From assembly GCF_009914755.1 (NCBI RefSeq), contig NC_060930.1: a DNA stretch of 64,000 nt; one strand, given 5' to 3'. The position numbers were made by a program, and so were the translations under genes. The notes beneath the pieces are model-generated. The model did no database searches, was not told the origin of the DNA, and worked only from the letters and a program-made list of their open reading frames with translations. This DNA is from the human T2T-CHM13v2.0 reference genome, Homo sapiens. Position 1 is the first letter of the stretch; the number at the start of each line of letters is the position of its first letter. Below are positions 13,701 to 26,465 of this stretch, piece by piece.

Positions 13701-14256
13701 AATTGTTTCAGTGTATTTTTTCTTCCAGTAGAAATATGACTTAGGTTGGCAATCTTAGATTAGTGCCTGGTGTTTATTAAAGGGACAATGTATTTCAAAA
13801 ATCAGTTCTAATATATTAAAAGCATAGAGTGTAAATTAGGAAAACAGTCAAAACATTTAACATTTTGAACACTTCACAGAATGAGTAATGGAAATAGTGT
13901 AGCCAGAAACTTCTCTGCGTGGTCATTATTATTGGTGAATCAGCCAAAAGATGCAATCATTGCTAAGAGGTATTGTTTAATACTGGGAAAGTCACATCAA
14001 AAGCTTTCTCAAAAAATATATATTTTAAGTCCTCCTTCCATTCTTCACTTTCCTGTCTTGGGGAGACAGAATACTTCAAAGTAGTCTGTTTTTAAAAGGT
14101 GACTTCTTTCAGGTTTTGGGAAAGAGTGTTATGTGTTGTAATTAAGTAATTGTTCCCTAAGATAGTCCTTAAGTACAAGGACATCTCACTAGACTTCATT
14201 GTCTTGTGAAAGGAGCGGTATTTCAGGAATTAACTACTCATTTAATAAAGCAAAAA

Positions 14257-14570
14257 GGCTGGATGTGATAGCTCACACCTGCAATCCTAGCACTTTGGGA
14301 GGCTGAGGCAGTTCGATCACTTGAGCCCAGGAGACTAGCCTGGGTGATATGGCAAAATCCTGTCTCTACAAAAAAATACAAAAATTAGCTGGGCATGGTG
14401 GCACACACCTCTAACCCCAACTAGTTGGGTGTCTGAGGTAGGTGGATTGCTTGAGCCTAGGAGGTCAAGGCTATAATGAGTCATGATTGCACCACTGCAC
14501 TCCAGCCTGGGTGGCAGAGAGAGAGATCCTGCCTCAAAAAAAACAAAAACAAAAACAAAAAAAACAAAAA
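14257..14570 (+). mobile_element. AluJ with (CAAAAA)n tail
   Basis: TTGAGCCCAGGAG and GGTCAAGGCT J-type features. Confidence 0.92.
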
Positions 14571-14783
14571 ACCTGTAGGCCAGGAGTGGTGAAGGAAAAC
14601 AGAAAGAGTGCCCTTAGAAGTATAATACTGGAAACTGTCTTTTTGAGCAACACTTTAAGAAATACCCCAGACTGAATGGGGAATTCACAACATTTTGCAT
14701 TTGTCAAAACCTGTAGAATGTAGAACACAAAGAGTAAGTGAATCCTAATGTAAGCTGTGACTTCCATTAATAGTACGGTGGGG

Positions 14784-15027
<244 letters not shown>

Positions 15028-15028
15028 G

Positions 15029-15125
15029 TACGGTGGGACCCCCTTTCTGCAGTTTCGCTTTCTGTGGTTTCTTAAAATAAACAGGTGTCTGAAAATATTA
15101 AATAGAAAATTCTAATTCATAAGTT
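15029..15125. mobile_element. Tigger7/MER44 terminal fragment
   Basis: CCCCTTTCTGCAGTTTCGCTTTCTGTGGTTTC...TCTGAAAATATTAAATAGAAAATTC..ATTCATAAGTT. Confidence 0.7.
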
Positions 15126-16064
15126 AAAAAAAAAATCCTAGACTTAATGTCCCTCCTTCCGGACTGTATTGTTCTGTTTGATATTTGGGAGCACACCTGC
15201 TAAGCCAGTCCATTAGAACTGCATGCTTGATGCAGGAACTGATGCCCTCAGAAAGTCTGCTTGAAAATAGTCGCAGTGCCAAGCTCGAAACCAGTTGCTC
15301 TTCGCCATATGTCAGAGTGAGGAAGGAAGGGTGGGGGGATTAGAATGTGCTAGGAAAAAATTCCGACAAAGAATTAGAATTTTATGCAGAAACAACTATT
15401 GATAATTTATTAATATTTACAGGGCATGTCAAATGGTTCTGTGAGAAAAACCAAATTAGCAAGCTACCTCAGGAATTTAATTTTTAGATATATCTGAATA
15501 TTAACTGGGGCTCAAACATGCCAGACAATTCTTTTAGTAATGAATTAGAATATATCATGTAATACTGTTACCATCCAAGACTCCCAGTGTTAACACCAAA
15601 TCTTAATTTTCATTTCATTAACCTGGCAGGTATTTGAAAGCAGCATTGTATCAAAACAGCTTTATTATGTAGAAGGAGCAATATTTAATAGCTCTGTTCC
15701 AAATTACTCCTAACTTCCCTGTATTTCTGAAGGAATATTTATTATAGTGACAAAAGCCTGTACAGCAGCTCCAGGAGAAGAGACCACAGTGTTTAGAAAA
15801 AGAAATTGGCTTGCAGCTGTGGTGGGCGCTACTTGTGTAAGTCCAGCTGTCCCCCTTGAGCTCCTGCCAGTCTGATAGGCCTTCTAAGTTGTTGCAAGAC
15901 CTGAACAGTTCACTTGTCTAGATCCTGCAGAGCTGGAAAGAGAACAATTTTTTTGTGTGTGTGTTTGTCCTAAGAAATAATCCAAAATAGTTTTCAATAC
16001 ATACATTCGTTGTCTGTCTACTCCTTGTTTCTTAAGGTTCTTCCCGTATTCTTCTGTTATTTTT

Positions 16065-16930
<866 letters not shown>

Positions 16931-18281
16931 CTAACCATCATATATTCTAGCTATTTGAGTGCCAGATTGGTTCAGTAAATACGTGGGTGAAAGAGAATAG
17001 CATTATGCATGATCAGGAATGAAATTCAAAGTTGGTGCCATAACATACAAGTGACTAGGGAGTCTTGGGGCCAGGGAAACCTAAAGGTAATCTTTTCAAA
17101 GGAGCCACCTATCAGGATGTTCTGGAGAATAGAAGGGTGCTTCCCCCGCCCCGAGACTGGTTTGGATGAACACACAAAATATATTTAGTGGGCAAACCTT
17201 TAAAATATGACATCTTAGCGTGCGGAAGTCCATAACCCCAAAGGAGGGCTTGCTCAGTACATGCAGAGGTGTTCCCAGAGCATGTATAAGTCTGTACGGT
17301 TGTGCAAACAGGAATTGATCTGACAGCGTGAAGACACAGCAGCCTTCTCTAATTAAAGCCTCTTGATGACATTAAACTGTGTTGCTTAATTACAATAAAT
17401 CATACATTAACAGATCATGTCTCCAAAGAAGCATTGTCAGTGTGCTGCATAATGGAATAAAATTTGACCTTGTAATCACAGGGGTTCCTATGGAACAGTG
17501 GCTTATGTCACCAATAGGAACATGAGCCCTAGAGTTACTTTGGCAGAAGTCAGATCTTAGAATGCTTCCTTATAATTCTGTTTCTATAAAAATGTTTTTT
17601 CTATATTGATACGTATTTTAATGTGAGGATGCTTTTTATATACCTTGAAGGAGTAAGGTTTTCCATTCATTCCCTGCCACTACTTTTCTGATCACCCCCT
17701 CTTCATTTCAAGCTAGTCTGGATTTGACATAATTTTTACAGCAGTTTTTGCACACTCCTTTTACCATGTGCTTGCTCCTTTTGCTGTTTTCCATTGCGCT
17801 TTGGGGTACCAGCTTTCTGACTGACAGATGGGCCAAGTCAGGTACAGGCTGTTGTTACCAAAGGGCATCTTCCATCATGTTGTTTGTTTCTTCAATACTG
17901 TAATATTTGAGAGAGTGTACAACTCTAGATACAGAAGGCCTTTTGAAATTCTACACAAAGTCACAATAAAACTTGGGGTACTGTGGGCCTGGGGAGATTC
18001 TAGTTCCTGTTCAAAACTACTACTGCCATTTAAAGAACTGGAATATAACTGCATATCATACCACCTAGACTCATGAATATTGCTATTTTCATTGGTTTAA
18101 TTTTCAAAAATTAGTGGTATTAAACCAGTGGGGTATATTTAATTTCTTCATGATGCAGATTATTAAACACTCACCAGCCTTACTTTCTCTCTTGATTTTA
18201 TAAATGGTAATTGAAAGTCCATAGATTTTAGGTTTGTGGAACTGGAATGGGCCCCCAGGGGATATTCAGTCCACACCCCTC

Positions 18282-18594
18282 TTTTTTTTTCTTTTTTCCT
18301 CCTTCTTCTTTCCAGAGACAGTCTTGCTCCTTCACCCAGGCTGGAGTACAGTGGCTTGATTTCGGCTCACTGCAACCTCCGTCTCGTGGCTTCAAGCGAT
18401 TCTCATGCCTCAGCCTCCCAAGTAGCTGGGATTACAGGCATGTGCCACTATGCCCGGCTAATTTTTGTATTTTTGGTAGAGACAGGGTTTCACCGTGTTG
18501 GCCAGGCTGGTCTTGAACTCCAGGCCTCAAGCGATCTGCCCACTTCGGCCACCCAAAGGGCTGGGATTGCTGGTGTGAGCCACTGCTCCTGGCC
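18282..18594 (-). mobile_element. AluS
   Basis: Full dimer; TSD CACACCCCTC. Confidence 0.94.
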
Positions 18595-19010
18595 CACACC
18601 CCTCATTTTTCACTTGACCATGTTAGGTATGTCAGAGTCACCTTGCTTCTGGCAGGTCAGCCTCCTATAGTGCTGTTTAGAACTTCACATTTGACAGGTT
18701 TGACTGTTTTAGAAGTTCTCTGCTCTTCCTTCACATCTGGGATGCCATCATTCATTCTTTGTTCTCTTCTGTGTGAACATGGTCTTGTTGCAGTTCCCCT
18801 TTCTCTGCCTGCCTGTCCACATTGAGGTGTCCCTGGGGGGTGTCTTTTCTCCTAGTGTCCACTGTCCACACTGCAAGAGTGTGCTGGAGACTCCCAGATT
18901 TTCTGTCTGTGCCCCTCAAGCCTTAAGCATTCCTATGTGCTGCTCAGTGTTTCTGTGGACCAACAGCTGGAGCAGGCTCTGTATCTCCTCCTCCAGAGCA
19001 TGGCCCCTTT

Positions 19011-19324
19011 GGCATGATGGCTTACCCCTGTAATCCCAGCACTTTGGGAGTCTGGGGGACGGATTGCTTGAACCCAGGAATTTGAGACCAGTCTGGGCAA
19101 AACCCCATCTCTATACACAACACACAAAAAAATAGCCAGAGGTGGTGGTATGTACCCGTGGTCCCAGCTACTCAAGAGGCTAAGGTGGAAGGATTGCTTG
19201 AGCTGAGGATTGGAGGTTGCAGTGAGCTGAGATTGTGCCACTGCACTCCAGTCTGGGTGACAGAGACCCGTCTCCAAGGGTGAATGAATGAATGAATGAA
19301 TGAATGAATAAATAAATAAATAAA
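19011..19324 (+). mobile_element. AluJ with (GAAT)n(AAAT)n tail
   Basis: 13-bp TSD GCATGGCCCCTTT (18998 and 19326). Confidence 0.93.
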
Positions 19325-19907
19325 GGCATGGCCCCTTTATCATCCCAGAAGAGAGGTAATTCCGGTGAGTGCTGTGGAGATCAGTGGCTGCCTTTTCCTG
19401 AAACTGAAAAACAGGTGGGGAATCTGAGGGAGGGAAGGAAAAGTATATCAAGCCTAACTAATTTATTTTTGTGTTTTACAACACTGGTGGTTCAGTAATA
19501 TTTCGCTATTGCGAAGATTTCTGTATATTGTTGTTAAAAATAGGAACCTAAGATTAAATGTTTGTGGCTTTTCATGTTTTGGAATGAACTACTTTGGTCA
19601 AACTCAAAAAGTAATGCTTGCTAACTTAGTTAGAGCTGGAGTATAGATTTTAATTCTACATTTAAGACAATATTTGTAAATGCCTGTGTACAATGACATA
19701 TAATAAGGGTCTTGTAGGGAAACCGTTTTGTCTGGGGAAAGAATGTTCCCCAATGTTGAACACTACTGTCTGGAGCTTGTTAAAAACATACCCCCTTCAG
19801 TGTTCTAATTTAGCATTGGTTCACTAGTAAAATTCAGGATTCTTTTTTTTTTTTTTTTAATAGATTTGGCAGTGTACAGTTCTGTACGTTTCATGTTATT
19901 TTTACAT

Positions 19908-20030
19908 TTGTTTTTAAAATTTAAGAGATGAGGTCTCACCATGCTGCCCCAGGCTGGTCTCCATCTGGGCTCAAGTGATCCTCCCACCTTGGCCTCCCAA
20001 GGTGCTGGGATTACCTGTGCGAGCCACTGT
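19908..20030 (-). mobile_element. FLAM or Alu left monomer
   Basis: GGGCTCAAGTGATCCTCCCACCTTGGCCTCCCAA monomer. Confidence 0.85.
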
Positions 20031-20204
20031 ATTTTTTCACTCTCTTACTGTAATTCTGTTGCGCAGTCAGGATTGGAGACTTAGTGATCTGGTTAGCAAG
20101 TTCTCTCGCCAGAGAAGAGTTAACTTATTTTTAGTATTCAGAGTGTAGTTCAGTAAGTCACACATAAAAATCAATTTGTTATTTGTAATCACTCCACTTA
20201 AATG

Positions 20205-20241
20205 TGTAATGGGAAAGGTTCCATTGTCCTCCTCGCAGGGT
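20205..20241 (-). mobile_element. Short LTR 3' terminus (LTR1/LTR27/LTR28-like), opposite orientation to gag
   Basis: Reverse complement ACCCTGCGAGGAGGACAATGGAACCTTTCCCATTACA resembles the recalled LTR end ...GCCCTGCGAGGGGGACAAGGGAACTTTTCCCGTTTCA and ends in CA. Confidence 0.5.
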
Positions 20242-21463
20242 GAGTGTAAACGAATGCGAAACTGTCTCTCTTCCTGCCTCTCTTCCAAAACCCTGCCATC
20301 TCTTTCCTGCGGCTGAGAGGCTCTGCTTCCCTTCATGCAGTTTTAAACCACCCTAACTGCCGATCAAAACCCCCAGACCTTGTCTCTTCTCTCTCTTACA
20401 TGAGAGAGGTTTGAATGGCTCTTATCTCTTTCCTTACAATGTTAAGAGTTTTCCTCTAGGCATTGGCAATATTACTAAGTAAAATGAGCATTAGGCTCAG
20501 CTGCCAAAGATGCACATCAGACCAGATGTTCCTAGAGGTGCCATGTATGTGTCTCTAAAGCTCGACAGACACAGGCACTCATGGCTCAGGGCACCTCCTG
20601 TTATCCTTTCCTCTCCCAGCTTGGGTGGCTATGCATGCCTGCAGCAGGCAAGGTCTGAGCCCAACAGCCACGATGGGGGAGGTGGGTGGTAGAAAGCCAT
20701 GGTGGTAGCTGAGACCCTACAGGGCCAATGGATGGGCACTTCTCGTCTGCCACACCAATGGAACCCCTGCCCGAGGAATTCAACCTGGTCTGAACTGGGA
20801 AAAGACATAAGGATTAGGGGGGGTCCACTTGCACTAAGCAAGGGGCTTTCTCCCCCCACCCCCCTGAATTTTCCCCTTTTTGCCTCTTAAACTGTTTCTC
20901 TCTTTTTTTCCTTTTCTGAGTGAGAAGGGTCCCCCTCCCAACTCTGTTTCTGATAGGGAAGTTAACGAAGGAACGGCCCCTGCTGGCTGAGAACTGCAGA
21001 TTTGAGAGGGCACATTTGAGACACTCTACACAGATACAAACAGCCTCTAAAATGCTTTTTCAGTCCCAAACTTGATTCCAAGCTTCAGGCAGAGGCCCTA
21101 GAAAGAAAAACCAGGTCTGAGGGTTCCGAGGCCAGGCAACAGGCACAATGTAAATAGGAAGGACCAAGTCCTGCCAACCAAATCCTCCACCTCACGGAAG
21201 GACGCCATGCTTCATGGTGTAAACAGGCCCAGGGAACTCAGTTTGCCGACAGCAGGGAGAAATGGAGGCGTAGGTGAGGGCAGTTAATTCCTATTCTCCA
21301 GGTTTTCTTTGCTTCATGGGTATGTACTGCAGTGGTACCTATGGCTGGCCCAGGGATAAGAAGTGGAGAGTGAAAGGAGGCCACTCGCTTTCTCTGTCAC
21401 AGCCTGAGTTTTCGCTGAAAGAAGGAAGGGAATGAGGGACGCCTCTATTCCCTGTCTTTCAGA

Positions 21464-22640
21464 ATGGGCAACCAGTTCTCTTCACCACTCCCAGCTTATA
21501 CTCCTCTGGAGTGTGTCCTAAACCATTGGGACTGCATTGACTCTCAGAATCTGGAGGAAAAATGCGTCGTAGCCCTCTGCACAAAGGTTTAGCCAAATTA
21601 CGATTTACAGAAAGGACTGGCTTGGCTTCAGAAAGAAACCATTTATTTTGATACCATTTGGCAAATCTGTAGACATTGAGGACAGATGGGCTGAGGCCCC
21701 ATATGTGCAGGCTTTGTATACCTTGCAAGGCAATCCAGACCTTTGCCGACAATATAGGATTGATCCAGCCCTCCTGTTTGCTGTCTCAGGGAAGGCTGCA
21801 AGGGGCAAGCCCAGGAAAGTAAAGAGGCACTCCCAGCAGAGGAACCAGCTCCCTCTAGCCCTGCCCCTATGGTCCACCCCAACTTCCCTATCTAGCTTCA
21901 GCCTCTCACTTGCTCCCTCCTAAAAATTCTTGCTCTCAACAAGGCCCAGTCTCACTCTTTCCCTTCCAGCAGATGCCCTTTGAATTTGGGCCCAGTAAGG
22001 CCCAGTTACCCTTCTCCCTACAGGACTTAAAGCAAATTAAGGAGGATCTTGGCAAGTTTTCAGATGACCCTGATAAGATATATAGAGGCTTTTCAGAATT
22101 TCACTAAAATATTTGAACTCTCCTGGAGAGAGGTTATGTTACTTTTGAATTAAGACCTTGACGAACACTGAGAAGCAGGCTGCTCTGCAAGCAGCAGAGA
22201 GATTTGGGGATGAGCTTTACGTCACATACAGCATCAGGGAAGGGGGCAAACATTATCCAACTGGAAGAGCAGTACTAATGGATGACCTTAAATGGGATCC
22301 CAGTGACGAGGTGGAAGACGGGAAGCGGAGACACTTTCAGGTGTGCATAATGGAAGGCTTACCTAGAACTAGGACCGGGCCTCTCAATTATACTAAGTTG
22401 TCCATGATTGACCAGGGATTTGGAGAAAATCCCACTGCCTCCCTGGAAAGGCTAAGAGAGGCCTTAGTAAAGCACACCTCCCTATCTCCTGATTCAGCCA
22501 AGGGACAGCTAATCCTAAAGGATAAATATATTACTCAGGCAGCCCCTGATATCAGGAGGAAGTTGCAAAAACTGGCCCTGGGACCAGAAATTACATTAGA
22601 GGACCTCTGGAAAGTGGCTACCTCAGTCTCTCATAAAAAA
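21464..22640 (+). pseudogene. gag: Disrupted retroviral gag (MA to CA)
   Basis: ATG at 21464 gives MGNQFSS (MGxxxS myristoylation motif), then PLECVLNHWD and a TAG at 21590-21592. Frameshifted pieces follow: RWAEAPYVQALYTL (ORF 21648), PFSLQDLKQIKEDLGKFSDDPD (CA N-terminus, ORF 21910), and major homology region QGFGENPTASLERLREAL plus KYITQAAPDIRRKLQKL (ORF 22158). Resembles HERV-W/ERV9-type Gag. Confidence 0.92.
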
Positions 22641-22691
22641 GAGAGAAGATGCAGGTATTCCCAGGGTGCACCTCTTAACTGCTAAAGATAG

Positions 22692-23029
<338 letters not shown>

Positions 23030-23156
23030 TAGCTCTCTTCTAAAGTTTATCTGCTCCCATACAAGGTTTCATTTCTTTCACCAGGGAGAAAAAACTCAGA
23101 GGACAATGTTGCTGTTAGTATATTTCACTTCTTATCTCTATGATCTTTGGCATTAA

Positions 23157-23378
<222 letters not shown>

Positions 23379-26116
23379 TAAAGTTATTAAAGAACAAGGG
23401 CCAAGTAATTTGGGGTGCCTTTGAAGTGCTGAGCATGGCCTTTCCAATTTGTGTGCACCTTCTTTCATTCTTACTTTACAAATGAAGGAAGCTGATGTCC
23501 AGTGAGGTCATACAGCAGGTACAATAATGGGCTGATTTCTGAGCCTGATTCTCAATCTGTGACTTGTGCGACATCATTGTACTTTTGATACTTTGTCATT
23601 AGTTGGGTGTGGATTTTACTACCTGGGAGTAGTTATGAACAACCAGTTTGGTGCTAATGAAAAGTAGTTGTGATTCCTTGACTAGATATGCCAACCTTCA
23701 GGTTTATAAAGACTACTCTCATCTTGCTTTGGCTGGTCTTTGTAGTGGATGGATATTGGAGAAACCCATGAGGTGATATATATGAAACAATATATTGGGG
23801 CAGACTTTTATTCATTCATTCCTAGGACTTAGGAGCCCTGCTGGTGTTCTGTATTGTGCCCCATTTATAGCCATGATGGTAGAGTTAGATTTATGAAGCT
23901 GAGGCCGTGATCTTTATTTCAATCCTACTTGGTCGTTTGCTGGTCAGAAATGTGTCTCGTTCCTCTTTAGTGGGAAAAATGTGAGTGTGAATGTAAGATA
24001 GTTTTAGATAACACTCAGTTGGCCTTATGACCTATCTGAAGTCCTGAAGTCAGCTATGGGATTACGATGTTTGCCTCCAAGCTGTGTCTTGGGAAGGGAT
24101 GAGTCTTTCTCTGCATAGTAATTTAAACCTGGTCAAAGACCTGACCACCTCGAAGCAGGAAGCGGTGCTAATACACTTTCTATATCCAAGGACAGTTATC
24201 TCTTTTAAAAAGAAGTGAAACAAAAGAGACTGTATTCAAAAGGAAGTCTTTTCTTTTATACCCACGCTCTCCTTCCTGCCCATGTGATGTTAGAAAAAGT
24301 GTTATTTTCACTGTTACATAAAATTTTTTGATGGGTTCTTCTGTGCAGTTTTGAGATGTTTCCTAGCTGATGGAAAAGTATAAAAAATTCATGCAGAAAT
24401 AATGCCTGCTGCCCAGCCCATTTTTTCTTGCTTCATGTACCTACTGTTTACATAAATGTTTTTCCCTCCCATATGTTCTTTTTTACTCTTCCACATTTGA
24501 GTGGAAGATATTTAAAAAGTTTTCTTATGTATACTTATGATTTTACTTGGAAACAGCAAATGTAAGGTCTAGAAGCAGAGGGGCTTTCAGCTTCTCTGCA
24601 ACACACAGGAAAGTAGACAAAGTTTCTAGGGCAGGCCCCAGCCTCCAGGGTAAGATAGGCATGTGCCAGCAACCTTGCCTACCCGTCATGACCCTGCCAT
24701 ATTATAGGTACTGAGTCATGCTTCAACAAGGCTTCCCACACTTCATTGACTGGACCTTCTGTTTTGTCATCAGAATAATTTATATTTGTATATAAAATTT
24801 CTTGGTGGGGGGTAATACTGTACTCTAGCAGTGACTGAAGAGGTGCCAAGTAAGTTTGCCACCTATTGTGGGTTTAGTCTTTATTGTTAGTAAATGGCAA
24901 AGAGAAATCGATGAAAGGCAGAGTTTAGAGTAGTGCCCGCTTAAGGGCAAGATGACATAGTATCTGCATTGATAGACTCAATAAATGTTTAAACAAATGA
25001 AATGACATAGTTTAATATTATGGGAGGGTGTGTGATACTGATCATGACTCAAACTGTAGAAAGAAGAGTGAATATTCTTTCATTATTTCAATCCTATTTA
25101 AGTCCTGTTGAGTACAGTTCCATACCCTATTTTGTATTTGATTTACAAGAGCAATATATTTTTATCTTAGAACATTTGGGCTTTCTGCTAAAATAAAAAG
25201 GGGGGGGACAGCATTTATACCACACAGTGATAATTATTACCATTTTGTGGTATCCATTTTTCTTTTCTTTTTCTTCACCAAGTTGGGTAAAACATCGAGA
25301 AACAAAACAGAAACAATCCCCGGAGCAGCATTGCACATGCTCAGTCTCTCAAAGTCTGGCTTTTAAATAATTTTCTGCATCTTTCCTTGTAATTGGGTGG
25401 AGAATGTTCCACTGGGCAGCTGAGTTGAATCGCCACAATCTCTCCACTTGGCCTCTGTGCGACTTACTGTAAACATCTATTGTCTCCCAGGCAGTATGCA
25501 GTGTGATCCCTCTCCCCACCCATTGTGCCCATTTAGCCTCTGGGACTACCCCCACAAGGGTGGAAACCTGGGGCAGAGCAGACACTAAATACTGTCCAAC
25601 TAGGGTGGTTGGATGCTCCAGGTTTGTCAGCCCAGTCACTGTCCTGCATTGCCTCCTAGAATTTATTAGCACCTACCTAGCATTGGGGTATCTAATTCAA
25701 ACTAATTAGAATTAGTTTGATCTAATTCTGTGCTGTTGAAAGTAACAAAGTAGTGAGCTTAGTGCACCTTCATAATTAACTCCTTATGATAAAAAGGAGT
25801 GAATTGCTTATTCAGAATATACACATTTTTAATGGGGGGTATTCTATTAAGTTCTATTAACTTTTCTAGTTTGTTAAAATTATAGAAAAATTTGTGGTTT
25901 ATACTGGCAAAATTTTCCATAAAATTATTCAACTAGCTTCTTCTTCAAAGTGAACATTATTATGCATCTTGACCTTTTCCCACCTCGTTATTTTGTGTCG
26001 TTACTTACCCATAATTTAGGTGTTTAGTACTAGTACTAAGTTAGGAAATTATTACTGAGGTGCTTTGATTGAAGACGCCTTTACTGAGTCCTTGGGAAGT
26101 AAAATAGTGACGGTTA

Positions 26117-26465
<349 letters not shown>

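Noticed and set aside
18236-19451. Long ORFs (144 aa, 172 aa) and similar ones at 1091, 2306, 14534, 31146, 38852, 45139
   Set aside because: Typical Alu translations (e.g. [26 protein letters not shown]); not genes.
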